In this document: piece after piece, positions 1 to 10,378 of the stretch
Layout of the letters: each line of letters begins with the position of its first letter
How positions within the stretch are numbered: the first letter of the stretch is position 1
Source: Nitrospirae bacterium CG1_02_44_142
GTDB taxonomy: Bacteria > Nitrospirota > Thermodesulfovibrionia > Thermodesulfovibrionales > UBA1546
Assembly: GCA_001871685.1 (NCBI GenBank)
Contig: MNVK01000044.1
Location: 1-32,337 of the forward strand
Direction of reading: 5' to 3'
DNA: 32,337 nt
Notes under the pieces: generated by a model
The model's database searches: none
Told to the model about the DNA's origin: nothing
Seen by the model: the letters and a program-made list of their open reading frames with translations, nothing else
Translations under genes and position numbers: made by a program

Positions 1-31
1 AATAACTATTCACTTATCACTGTCTTTAAAC

Positions 32-108
32 GGCGGTGTAGCTCAGTCGGTTAGAGCATGCGGCTCATATCCGCAGTGTCCGGGGTTCGATTCCCTGCAC
101 CGCCACCA
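32..108 (+). tRNA. tRNA-Met (CAT), elongator type
   Basis: Acceptor stem GGCGGTG/CACCGCC, A73, encoded CCA; anticodon arm TGCGG-CTCATAT-CCGCA; T-loop GTTCGA. G1:C72 pair argues against initiator; Ile2 not strictly excluded. Confidence 0.92.
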
Positions 109-123
109 AAATTCTGTTAATTT

Positions 124-188
124 AAGCATAAATTGGCTGTTTGGTCAGTTTATGCTTCCATTTCACCTTGACCAATTTATGCTTCCAT
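124..188. repeat. Overlapping inverted and direct repeats downstream of tRNA-Met
   Basis: AAGCATAAATTGG (124-136) is the reverse complement of 172-184; TTTATGCTTCCAT is directly repeated at 149-161 and 176-188. Confidence 0.8.
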
Positions 189-426
189 AATATAAACACA
201 CTGGGGCAGAGAGGATTTCTCACAGAAGTTCGCATTTTTAAGAAGACGGTATGTCTGATTGTTTCGAGTGGGAATTAATTTAGAACTCAGCGATGGCGAT
301 GCTTATTACAGGGACACTTCCCGTATTATACGAACTATCTATAAATAAAATGTAAAGCTGCCTGCCTCTCTCTCCTCTCCCTCAATCCGCCGGAAAAATC
401 TGTTAGTGCTAAAATTATTAAGAATC

Positions 427-792
427 TCAGCCTATCGGCAGCGTTCTGATTCTAATTCTGTTATCCTCAAAAACAATAATACTTCCGGCAATCAATGCAT
501 CCTTTATTTCTGAAATATGAGTTAGGAGCAAAGAGAGCTGTGATTGAGGTCGTTTATCAGATGTCCTGAAAAGGATTACTGACGGCTTAGAATATTTCCA
601 GAGAGCAAGCAATGTTCCAAAGTCAGTATCAGCGGATACGATTATCTGGTCATTTTGTTTTGCATATTCAAAAATAACGGGATCAGAAGATGCACTCATG
701 CCTACATCTCTGACATGCATAGATTCAAAACCGGCTTCTTTTAGACCTTTTGCAATTATAGGGGAAAGGGCATTGTCTATAAGAAAATTCAT
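427..792 (-). CDS. DUF5615/PIN-like (VapC45-like) putative toxin
   Basis: MNFLIDNALS N-terminus, 'SD..IF.YA', 'IIVSADTDFG' PIN-like motifs; 4-nt overlap with upstream DUF433 gene. Confidence 0.85.
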   Translation of the reverse strand: MNFLIDNALSPIIAKGLKEAGFESMHVRDVGMSASSDPVIFEYAKQNDQIIVSADTDFGTLLALWKYSKPSVILFRTSDKRPQSQLSLLLTHISEIKDALIAGSIIVFEDNRIRIRTLPIG

Positions 793-1016
793 GCGGTGAC
801 AAGAGGTATCTGACGTTCTTTTACAGCATCGGCGGCATAAAGTAAAGCCTCACGTATATCTTCGTGTTCCAAATCAGGATAGTCATCAAGGATTTCTTTT
901 TCAGTCATACCATTAGCTACCATACCAACAATTGTTGCAATAGGTATGCGCAAACCTCTTATGCAGGGAACTCCGCCCATCTTGTCAGTATCAATTGTAA
1001 TGCGTGTGAACCTCAT
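789..1016 (-). CDS. DUF433 family antitoxin
   Basis: RITID..MGGVPCIRGLRIPI...EILDDYPDLEHEDIREALLYA signature; start moved to ATG at 1016 because GGGAGGTAA lies just upstream. Confidence 0.9.
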   Translation of the reverse strand: MRFTRITIDTDKMGGVPCIRGLRIPIATIVGMVANGMTEKEILDDYPDLEHEDIREALLYAADAVKERQIPLVTA

Positions 1017-1081
1017 AATGTTACCTCCCAAACTGCTTAATTTCATTATACCAAAGATTTCCAATTTTGAATCACAAAAAT

Positions 1082-1633
1082 TTAGTTGAATTTATTCATC
1101 GCCTTTGCAGCGCCGCCTGAGACAATAGCAGTGACTGCGTCAACCGCGCGCTGAATGGCGTCTTTGATTATCGGGAGTTCGTCTTTCCGGAATTTTTTGA
1201 GGACATAGGTTTCAGGAGATATTCCGGGCTCCCTCCCTATCCCTATCTTGACCCTGATAAATTCTTTTGTGCCGATGCTCTGAATTATTGACTCAACGCC
1301 TCTGTGCCCGCCTGATGAACCATTTTTTCTTATTTTTAGTTTTCCGGCACCCATATCCAGGTCGTCATGGATTACTATCAGGTTTTCAGAAGTGACATTA
1401 AATTTTCTGAGAACATCTTTAACGGCATTGCCGCTCAGGTTCATAAAAGTCAAAGGCTCTATGAGCAGGACATTATGTCCGCCGACAGAGCCTTTGCCAA
1501 TCAGATAATCTTTTTTCTCGTGAAAGTCTATATCAAAATTCCCTGCAATAACCTCAATGACCATGAACCCGAGGTTATGCCGCGTCTTTGAATATTTACC
1601 GCCATAATTGCCGAGTCCGATTATAGCCCACAA
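1082..1633 (-). CDS. pth: Peptidyl-tRNA hydrolase
   Basis: GLGN..TRHNLGF, TFMNLSG, VIHDDLD, GGHRG motifs; TTG start abutting the rplY stop. Confidence 0.97.
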   Translation of the reverse strand: MWAIIGLGNYGGKYSKTRHNLGFMVIEVIAGNFDIDFHEKKDYLIGKGSVGGHNVLLIEPLTFMNLSGNAVKDVLRKFNVTSENLIVIHDDLDMGAGKLKIRKNGSSGGHRGVESIIQSIGTKEFIRVKIGIGREPGISPETYVLKKFRKDELPIIKDAIQRAVDAVTAIVSGGAAKAMNKFN

Positions 1634-2323
1634 TTATTTTTTCTCTGCCTTCCCTTCCGCCTCTTCCTTTTCTTCTTTCTTGCCTTTCTTTATTACTTCC
1701 GGCTCCGCCGTCTCGGGCTCGGCAGCAGCAACAATGCCCTCAACCGGCGCTTCAGGCTCTTTCTCAACAGCAGGAGCAACCACATTCACAATAATTTCAT
1801 CAGGTGTGGTAATAACCTCTATCCCCTCTCCCACCTGTATATCTTTAACATGAATGGACTGGCCTATCTCAAGCTTTGATATGTCAATCTCAAGATGTCC
1901 TGGTATCTTATCAGGCAGGCACTTTATCTCAATTTCTCTCAGCACATGCTGCAGGATGCCGCCGTCCCGCTTCACGCCTATCGGCTCGCCATGGGTCACA
2001 ATTCGGACATTCACATGCACCTTTTCCGTAAGAGATATCTCAAAGAAATCAGTATGCAGGATATCTCCGTCTAAGGGGTCTGCCTGATATTCCTTGAGAA
2101 TAGCCAGTTTGCTGCCGCCGTCTGAAAACTTAAGATTAACGACTGTATGCTCCCCTACATTAGAGGCAATAAATTCAGCCATAGCCTTTTTTGAGATTGA
2201 TATTGGCAGTGAGCCGCCGCCTCTGTAAATAACGGCAGGTATCATACCCTGCCTTCTAAGCGTTCTCGCAATGCCTTTCCCTGCCTTATCCCTTTTTTCT
2301 ACATTTAGTGTTGCCCTTTCCAT
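1634..2323 (-). CDS. rplY: 50S ribosomal protein L25/Ctc
   Basis: R.LRRQGMIPAVIY, ILHTDF, Ctc C-terminal domain and acidic/Lys tail; canonical prs-rplY-pth order. Confidence 0.97.
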   Translation of the reverse strand: MERATLNVEKRDKAGKGIARTLRRQGMIPAVIYRGGGSLPISISKKAMAEFIASNVGEHTVVNLKFSDGGSKLAILKEYQADPLDGDILHTDFFEISLTEKVHVNVRIVTHGEPIGVKRDGGILQHVLREIEIKCLPDKIPGHLEIDISKLEIGQSIHVKDIQVGEGIEVITTPDEIIVNVVAPAVEKEPEAPVEGIVAAAEPETAEPEVIKKGKKEEKEEAEGKAEKK

Positions 2324-2359
2324 TTTATCCTGTTCCTCCTTTATGAGTCCGACGCCCGC

Positions 2360-3301
2360 TCAGACAAAAAGCGAACTTATTGAAGATTCTTCATGAATCC
2401 TTTTTATTGCCTCGGCAAGCAGAGGCGCTATACTCAGAACTGTGAGTTTTTTGCATTTTTTCTGCTTGCTGTCAAGCTGTATTGTATTTGTTACAATCAG
2501 TTCTTCTATGACTGAGTTATTAATCCTGTCTATCGCAGGGCCCGAAAGGACAGCGTGTGTGCATGCTGCCAGCACTCTTTTGGCCCCTTTCTCCTTCAGC
2601 GCTAAGGCCGCCTGAGTGATTGTGCCTGCTGTATCTATCATATCATCAAGTATAATTGTATTTCCCCCTTTTACATCGCCTATTACATTCATTACCTGCG
2701 ACTCGTTGGCCCTCTCGCGCCTCTTGTCTATAATCGCCAGTGATGCGCTGAGCCTTTTTGCAAAGGCCCTGGCCCTCTCCACGCCTCCTGCGTCAGGCGA
2801 AACTATAACAATGTCCTTAATATTGCTTTTTTTAATGTAATCAAGGAGAACAGGCGAGGCATAAAGATGGTCCACAGGTATATTGAAGAATCCCTGTATC
2901 TGGCCTGCATGGAGGTCCACTGTCAGCACTCTGTTGGCGCCTGCCACTGTTATAAGGTCAGCCACAAGTTTTGAGGATATAGGGACTCTCGGCTGAACCT
3001 TCCTGTCCTGTCTTGCATACCCGTAGTAAGGGATAACCGCGGTTATCCTTCCTGCCGAAGCTCTTTTTAATGCGTCAATGAGAAGCAGGAGTTCTAAAAT
3101 ATTATCATTTACAGGCGTACATGTTGACTGAAGCGCAAATATATCAGAGCCTCTTACATTCTCGTTTATCTGAACCATGATCTCACCGTCGCTGAATGTG
3201 GTTATCAGCGTATCGCAGACAGAAATCCCGAGATATTCCGCAACCTCTCCTGCGAGCTTCCTGTTAGAATTTCCTGTTAAAAGCCTTATGCCGTTTGGCA
3301 T
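2360..3301 (-). CDS. prs: Ribose-phosphate pyrophosphokinase
   Basis: [42 protein letters not shown]; SD GGAGG. Confidence 0.98.
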   Translation of the reverse strand: MPNGIRLLTGNSNRKLAGEVAEYLGISVCDTLITTFSDGEIMVQINENVRGSDIFALQSTCTPVNDNILELLLLIDALKRASAGRITAVIPYYGYARQDRKVQPRVPISSKLVADLITVAGANRVLTVDLHAGQIQGFFNIPVDHLYASPVLLDYIKKSNIKDIVIVSPDAGGVERARAFAKRLSASLAIIDKRRERANESQVMNVIGDVKGGNTIILDDMIDTAGTITQAALALKEKGAKRVLAACTHAVLSGPAIDRINNSVIEELIVTNTIQLDSKQKKCKKLTVLSIAPLLAEAIKRIHEESSISSLFV

Positions 3302-3311
3302 TGTCCCTCCA

Positions 3312-3380
3312 TTTTCAGGTGTCAGTATTCAGCTGTCAGGTTTTAGTCAACTGACAACTAATACCTGAAACCTAAAACCT
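3312..3380. repeat. Degenerate heptamer array, inverted pair
   Basis: TCAGGTG TCAGTAT TCAGCTG TCAGGTT followed by CTGACAA CTAATAC CTGAAAC CTAAAAC. Confidence 0.7.
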
Positions 3381-3405
3381 TTCGATTTTGCAGAGCAAAA
3401 TCGAG

Positions 3406-3477
3406 CTGGGGCGGGAGGATTCGAACCTCCACATGGGAGATCCAAAATCTCCTGACTTGCCGTTTGTCTACGCCCCA
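3406..3477 (-). tRNA. tRNA-Gln (TTG)
   Basis: Minus strand TGGGGCG...CGCCCCA-G; anticodon arm GGAGA-TTTTGGA-TCTCC; GGTTCGAATCC; CCA not encoded; canonical ispE-tRNA-Gln-prs position. Confidence 0.95.
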
Positions 3478-3503
3478 TATTTTCAGTGAACAGCAGCAAA
3501 AAA

Positions 3504-4391
3504 CTACTGCCCTGCTGCGCCTCTGCTCTGTTGCACTGTAGTAATGGTTTCAACAACCCTGCTCCATCCGCCCAAGACGGACGGCTGCATTGCCTTCGCA
3601 GCATCCTTGGCTTTTCCCCTGCTGCCGAATACGCCGAAGACAGCAGGCCCGCTTCCGCTCATAAGTGAAGCCTCTGCCCCCATGTCAAGCAGCCTGTCCT
3701 TAATTTCCCCTATAACCTGAAACTCCCTTATCACAGGAAGCTCAAGGTCGTTTCTCATCATTAAGGCTATTGATTTAAAATCCTGCGTCTCAAGGGCTTG
3801 ACAGAAAAGTTTAATATTATTATCTCTCTTTGTCAACTCCGGCAGCAGCTTGCTCATCTCTGAATATGCCCACTTTGATGATATGCCGAGAGCAGGTTTC
3901 ACAACAACAATAATATGTCTGCTGACGGCTTTAAGTCTCGCGGCTATCTCACCTCTGCCTCTAACCACAGCGATAGGGGCTTTAAAAAAGAAGGGGACAT
4001 CGGAACCGAGCATTCCGCCGAATTTTATCAATTCTTCATCCTTCAATCCAAGCTCCCACAGCCTGTTCAGCCCTGAAAGGGCGCATGCCGCATCGCTGCT
4101 TCCTCCTCCCAAACCTGCGGATACAGGTATCTCTTTCCTCAATGTTATGACGGCCCCTTTATTGACCGATAATTTTTCTTTAAGAAGAACAGCAGCCCTA
4201 TAAACAAGGTTTTCCTCAAGAGGGATATTCGTTTCTGTTTTTACCTCAATCCTGTCAGAATATCCAAAAGTGAGATGGTCATAGAGTGAGATGCTCTGCA
4301 TGAGGCTTAATATCTCATGATAGCCGTCTTCTCTCTTTCCCAGAACTGACAGGAACCAGTTTATCTTTGCAGGCGTTTTAAGCGTGAACAT
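3504..4391 (-). CDS. ispE: 4-diphosphocytidyl-2-C-methyl-D-erythritol kinase
   Basis: PAKIN..L, GYHEI, IPVSAGLGGGSSDAA, LGSDVPFF, MSGSG; ATG at 4391 preferred over the upstream TTG. Confidence 0.96.
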   Translation of the reverse strand: MFTLKTPAKINWFLSVLGKREDGYHEILSLMQSISLYDHLTFGYSDRIEVKTETNIPLEENLVYRAAVLLKEKLSVNKGAVITLRKEIPVSAGLGGGSSDAACALSGLNRLWELGLKDEELIKFGGMLGSDVPFFFKAPIAVVRGRGEIAARLKAVSRHIIVVVKPALGISSKWAYSEMSKLLPELTKRDNNIKLFCQALETQDFKSIALMMRNDLELPVIREFQVIGEIKDRLLDMGAEASLMSGSGPAVFGVFGSRGKAKDAAKAMQPSVLGGWSRVVETITTVQQSRGAAGQ

Positions 4392-4411
4392 AACTTGAAA
4401 ATCCAAATACT

Positions 4412-4465
4412 AATGGTGAATGGGTGAATAGGTGAATGGGAAAATGGGTTCTTGCGATTCACCAT
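4412..4465. repeat. Octamer array (ATGGGTGA-like) with one inverted copy
   Basis: ATGGTGA ATGGGTGA ATAGGTGA ATGGGAAA ATGGG ... ATTCACCAT. Confidence 0.7.
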
Positions 4466-6165
4466 CAAGGTTTTTTAATTTTTAATTTTAAATCTTGAAT
4501 TTTCTTTTCTACTCTTCCCTTAAGCCCTTCTTCTTTTTCGTGGAACTTCAGCGCATTCTCCCATGCATCCAGCGCCTCTTTATTCAGGCCCTGAGAGAGG
4601 TAAATATCTCCAAGGTGTTCATAGATTACAGGGTCGTTGTTTACTATGCTCTGGGCTTTCTGCAATGCCTTTACAGCATCCTCATGCCTGCCCATCTTGA
4701 AATACACCCAGCCAAGGCTGTCAACTATATATCCGTTGTCGGGTTTTAACTTAAGCGCCTTCTGTATAAGCGAAAGGGCTTCTTCAAGGTTTATGCCTTT
4801 ATCAGCGTAACTATATCCAAGATAATTCAAGGCGTCGGCATGTTCGGGGTTTATCTCAATAGTGCGCCTGAGATATTTCACCATCTCTTCAAATCTGCCT
4901 GCCTTTTCATGCATCACTGCCATATTGAAATTGAGTTCAGTATCGTTCGGAAAAAGGCGCAGCCCCTCCGAGAATATCCCCTCTGCTTTTTTGTAATCTT
5001 TTAACTGTATATAACTGACGCCGAGATATACATACACTTCAGGCTTGCCTTTCTCAAAGCTCAGTATCTCTTCATACATCTTTACCGCATCAATATGCCG
5101 CCCTTCTTTTGAAAAGATAAAGCCGAGATGCAGGAAGGCCCCTATGTTTTTTGGGTCCACGGCAATAATCTTTTTCAGTTCCTCTGCCGCCTCTTTATAT
5201 CTGTCCGCTTCTTCAAGAGTAACAGCTAAATAGTATCTAATCTGCGCATCCGACGGCTTGGCTGTAAGAACAAGCCTGAATTCCTCTATGGCCCTGTCAT
5301 ACTGCTTGGTTTCTATATAGAGGAGTCCGAGTCTTCTATGTATATCAAGATTTGCCGGCTCCTGAATGGTCATGTCCCTGAGCTGCTCTATGGCCTTGTC
5401 AACTGTTTTATCTTTCAGATAAATCTGAGTAAGCCGTTCCTGCGCAAGCGTGTTCTGCGGATTAAGCTCCACGCTTTTTTTATAATGTTTTTCAGCCTGT
5501 TTCAAATCTCCCTTTATTTCGCTTATCACCCCGAGGTTAAGGTATGCGGCGTCGAAATTAGGCCTTATCTCTGCGACCTTGCTGAAATATTCCGCCGCCT
5601 TATCATAATCTTTCAAATCCATATTTACGAGGCCAAGATAATATATCCCCATAAAATTATCGGGGTCTGTTTTGAGAAAAGACTCAAGAATTCCCTTTGC
5701 CTCGGAATAGCGCTTTCCCGCAGCATACAAAACCCCCAGAAAAAGGTATGCGTCTGCCTGTGTGTTATCAAGTTCAAGCGCCTTCTCAAAAATCTTTATT
5801 GCTTTATCAGTATCTTTCCGGCTGTTATAAAGTTCGCCGAGCAGCATAAGCGCAGGGACATAATCAGGATTTGCCTTTACGGTTTCCTCTGTCATAGCGA
5901 TAGCATCAGGAATCTTGCCTGTCCTCAGAAGCACATAACTTATCTGGGTTCTGATGTAAGGAGATGCAGTATCTATCTTAAGCGCCTCTGAATAATGATT
6001 CAGCGCATCTTCCCATTTGCCTGAAAGTTCCGCCTCATAGCCGAGGATATAGTGATAATAAGCCTCTTTTGGAATATCGGGAGATTCTGGAGGCTCTGTG
6101 CGAAATGCCGGAGCACATGAAAAAATAAAAAGCGCCGACAGAATTAACAGGATTTTTTTAGACAT
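4465..6165 (-). CDS. Multi-TPR repeat lipoprotein
   Basis: MSKKILLILSALFIFSC signal peptide/lipobox; many TPR units; ALNYLGYSYA..AL.L.PDNGYIVDSLGWVYFK typical of the TPR gene upstream of ispE. Confidence 0.92.
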   Translation of the reverse strand: MSKKILLILSALFIFSCAPAFRTEPPESPDIPKEAYYHYILGYEAELSGKWEDALNHYSEALKIDTASPYIRTQISYVLLRTGKIPDAIAMTEETVKANPDYVPALMLLGELYNSRKDTDKAIKIFEKALELDNTQADAYLFLGVLYAAGKRYSEAKGILESFLKTDPDNFMGIYYLGLVNMDLKDYDKAAEYFSKVAEIRPNFDAAYLNLGVISEIKGDLKQAEKHYKKSVELNPQNTLAQERLTQIYLKDKTVDKAIEQLRDMTIQEPANLDIHRRLGLLYIETKQYDRAIEEFRLVLTAKPSDAQIRYYLAVTLEEADRYKEAAEELKKIIAVDPKNIGAFLHLGFIFSKEGRHIDAVKMYEEILSFEKGKPEVYVYLGVSYIQLKDYKKAEGIFSEGLRLFPNDTELNFNMAVMHEKAGRFEEMVKYLRRTIEINPEHADALNYLGYSYADKGINLEEALSLIQKALKLKPDNGYIVDSLGWVYFKMGRHEDAVKALQKAQSIVNNDPVIYEHLGDIYLSQGLNKEALDAWENALKFHEKEEGLKGRVEKKIQDLKLKIKKP

Positions 6166-6259
6166 GCGGATATTATGACACATAAGATATAGGCGGTCAA
6201 CGTTTTGCAAGCAATTTCATTCTTGTTGAAACCTATCAATTCGTGATATATTCATTTGC

Positions 6260-7489
6260 ATGCGAAAAAATATGCCATATCACTTTTTTATAGCGTTCCG
6301 CTATCTTAAATCAAAAAAAAGACGTAAGGGTATTTCTCTTAACACAGCTATTTCTGCCGGCGGCGTGGCAGTCGGCGTCATGGCGCTCCTTGTTGTGCTC
6401 TCAGTCATGAGCGGCTTCCACGAGGACCTGCAGAGAAAAATACTCGGCGTAAATGCGCATATTGTAGCGCTCAGTTACAGAGGGGCTATAATTGATTACA
6501 AAGAGGTGTTAGATAATATCAGAGGAGAAAAAGATGTTGTCTCGGCCTCGCCCTTTGTTCTCGGACAGGTCATGTCTTCATCAGGCAAAATGGCGCACGG
6601 CGTATTCTTAAGAGGAATAGACCCTTCCCTTGAGGCAAATACCACAGAGATAGGCAAATACATAAAAGACGGAAGGCTTGACGACCTGAAATCAAAAGAC
6701 GGTATTCCGGGTATTGCGATAGGGAAAGAACTTGCAAACAGCCTCGGCGTTTTCAGGAATGACATAATAAATATAATATCGGCTGTCGGAGAAATAGGGC
6801 CTATGGGAATGCTGCCAAAGGTTAGGCAGTTCAGGGTAGCTGCGATATTTGAAGTCGGGATGTTTGAGTATGATTCAAACCTGGTCCTCACGGAGCTTTC
6901 TCACGCCCAGAATTTTTTCGGAATGGGCAACAGCATAACAGGCATAGAAATCAAGGTTAAAGATGTGTACAAGGCAAAGGAGGTAAGGGAACAACTCCAG
7001 AAGAAACTTGCCTTCCCTTATTACGGGAGGGACTGGATGCAGATGCATAAAAATCTTTTTTCAGCTCTGAAACTTGAAAAGCTTGCGATGTTTGTCATAC
7101 TTGTTTTGATAATTCTTGTCGCCTCATTTAATATAATCGGGACACTTATGATGAATGTCGTAGAAAAAAGCCGTGAGATTGCAATACTTAAGGCAATGGG
7201 AGCCACGAACAAAGGCATTATGACCATATTCATGCTCCAGGGAATTTTCATAGGACTTGCAGGCACATTGCTCGGGATTGCCGGCGGATACATACTCGGC
7301 TATATGTTTAACAATGTCATCAGACTGCCGGCGGATGTATATTATCTCAGCCGCCTGCCTATAAAAATGAAGCTCCTTGACTTCATAGCCGTATCTCTAT
7401 CTGCATTGACAATAAGTTTTCTTGCAACAATATATCCTGCATGGCAGGCGGCAAAACTGAACCCCATAGAACCGCTGCGGTATGAATAA
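6260..7489 (+). CDS. lolC: Lipoprotein-releasing ABC transporter permease LolC/E
   Basis: FIAFRYL, VLSVMSGF, EK.REIAILKAMGA, YPAWQAAKLNPIEPLRYE; start may be 6272; C versus E not distinguishable. Confidence 0.93.
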   Translation: MRKNMPYHFFIAFRYLKSKKRRKGISLNTAISAGGVAVGVMALLVVLSVMSGFHEDLQRKILGVNAHIVALSYRGAIIDYKEVLDNIRGEKDVVSASPFVLGQVMSSSGKMAHGVFLRGIDPSLEANTTEIGKYIKDGRLDDLKSKDGIPGIAIGKELANSLGVFRNDIINIISAVGEIGPMGMLPKVRQFRVAAIFEVGMFEYDSNLVLTELSHAQNFFGMGNSITGIEIKVKDVYKAKEVREQLQKKLAFPYYGRDWMQMHKNLFSALKLEKLAMFVILVLIILVASFNIIGTLMMNVVEKSREIAILKAMGATNKGIMTIFMLQGIFIGLAGTLLGIAGGYILGYMFNNVIRLPADVYYLSRLPIKMKLLDFIAVSLSALTISFLATIYPAWQAAKLNPIEPLRYE

Positions 7490-7493
7490 GAAA

Positions 7494-7535
7494 AAACTAA
7501 AAGCTATCAGCTATGAGCTATCAGCTAAAGGCTAT
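7494..7535. repeat. Heptamer array (CAGCTAT-like) x6
   Basis: AAACTAA AAGCTAT CAGCTAT GAGCTAT CAGCTAA AGGCTAT fills the lolC-lolD gap. Confidence 0.8.
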
Positions 7536-7537
7536 TA

Positions 7538-8203
7538 ATGATTGAAGTAAAGGGATTAAAAAAGTCTTTTTTCCTGCCTGCGGGCGAAGTCCAGGTTCTG
7601 CACGGCATAGACCTCTGCATAAGCGCAGGAGAAATGGCTGCAATAATCGGCGCATCGGGCGTAGGGAAAAGCACCCTTCTTCATATCCTTGGCACGCTGG
7701 ATAAACCAACATCAGGAAATGTCCTCTATGAAAACAGGGACGTATTTTCCCTGGACGATTATTCCCTTGCCGCTTTCAGAAATAAAGCAATAGGCTTTGT
7801 ATTTCAATTTCATCACCTTCTGCCTGAATTTACAGCATACGAAAACGTATTAATGCCGGGGCTGATAAGCATGGGGGCAGACTGCAAAGAAATTAAGGAA
7901 AGGGCGGAAATGCTGTTAGACGAGATGGGGTTATATGAAAGAAAGAACCATCGCCCGGGAGAACTCTCGGGCGGAGAGCAGCAGCGCGTTGCTGTTGCGC
8001 GGGCATTGATAAATGAGCCTAAAGTCGTATTCGCAGACGAACCCACAGGGAATCTTGACGCCCGTACAGGCGAAGAACTCTTCCGCATCCTGCTGCAGCT
8101 CAATGAAAAGAAGGGAATCACTTTTGTAATAGTAACGCATAACGAATCGCTCTCAAGACAGTGCCACAGGGTTCTTGAGATGGTTGACGGGAAATTCAGA
8201 TAA
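7538..8203 (+). CDS. lolD: Lipoprotein-releasing ABC transporter ATPase
   Basis: Walker A GASGVGKST, GFVFQFHHLL, LSGGEQQRVA, DEPTGNLD. Confidence 0.95.
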   Translation: MIEVKGLKKSFFLPAGEVQVLHGIDLCISAGEMAAIIGASGVGKSTLLHILGTLDKPTSGNVLYENRDVFSLDDYSLAAFRNKAIGFVFQFHHLLPEFTAYENVLMPGLISMGADCKEIKERAEMLLDEMGLYERKNHRPGELSGGEQQRVAVARALINEPKVVFADEPTGNLDARTGEELFRILLQLNEKKGITFVIVTHNESLSRQCHRVLEMVDGKFR

Positions 8204-8222
8204 AATTTTATTGAAAAACTTA

Positions 8223-8251
8223 TTGACAATATGTGTTGCGTCTGGTAGGAT
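8223..8251 (+). promoter_or_regulatory. Putative sigma70 promoter of the SWIB gene
   Basis: TTGACA (8223-8228), 17 nt, TAGGAT (8246-8251) with TG extended -10; SD AAGGAGGT before the ATG. Confidence 0.6.
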
Positions 8252-8317
8252 TTTGATAGTTATTGATAGGTATCAATCCCGATATTATCGGGAAGAGTTA
8301 TAACAAGGAGGTAAGGT

Positions 8318-8662
8318 ATGGTTAAGAAAAAGGCAGCGAAAAAGAAAGCAGCAAAGAAAGTTGTAAAGAAGGTCGCAAAGAAAAAGGTTGTAAAAAAGGC
8401 TAAGACAAAGAGGAAACCCAATGCTGCGTTCATGAAACCCATGAATATCAGCGATGCACTGGCAGCAGTAGTCGGAAGCAAACCGCTTCCAAGAACAGAG
8501 GTTACCAAAAAACTGTGGCAGTACATCAAGAAGAACGGGCTTCAGGACAAAATCAACAGAAGGATGATAAATGCCGACGCAAATCTGAAGGCAGTATTCG
8601 GAGGCAAGGGCAAGGTTTCAATGTTTGAGATGACCAAGCTGGTCAATAAACATATGAGCTAA
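8318..8662 (+). CDS. SWIB/MDM2-domain protein with Lys/Ala-rich N-terminus
   Basis: FMKPMNIS.ALAAVVG...PRTEVTKKLWQYIKKNGLQD..NRRMINAD..L..VFG..VSMFEMTKLV; ~33 aa KKAAKK-type tail. Confidence 0.92.
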   Translation: MVKKKAAKKKAAKKVVKKVAKKKVVKKAKTKRKPNAAFMKPMNISDALAAVVGSKPLPRTEVTKKLWQYIKKNGLQDKINRRMINADANLKAVFGGKGKVSMFEMTKLVNKHMS

Positions 8663-8681
8663 GAAAGATTTATTTTTTAAG

Positions 8682-8797
8682 TGAGGCTCTTGCAAAAGTA
8701 CGGATTTAGCATTCTGAGCTTGTCTAAGGGTTCTGTTATTCTTCTACAAGCTCAGAATGACAGAAGGGTTTTTCCCAATACTTTTGCAAGAGCCTCA
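8682..8797. mobile_element. 116-bp MITE-like element with nested REP-like hairpin
   Basis: Perfect 19-bp inverted repeats TGAGGCTCTTGCAAAAGTA (8682-8700)/(8779-8797); inner 14-bp IR CATTCTGAGCTTGT (8710-8723)/(8746-8759). Confidence 0.7.
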
Positions 8798-8887
8798 AAT
8801 TTTAATTCCGGTAAAAATCCTCTTCTCCGCAAGTCGGACGGGGCTGCGGCAATTGCCTTCCCTAATCAAGAAATGCTAAAATGATAA

Positions 8888-10378
<1,491 letters not shown>

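Noticed and set aside
32-108. Initiator tRNA-fMet
   Set aside because: 1:72 is paired and the anticodon stem lacks three consecutive G:C pairs.
3347-3604. 85-aa ORF (likewise 30593-30805)
   Set aside because: Reading frames through tRNA genes and repeats.
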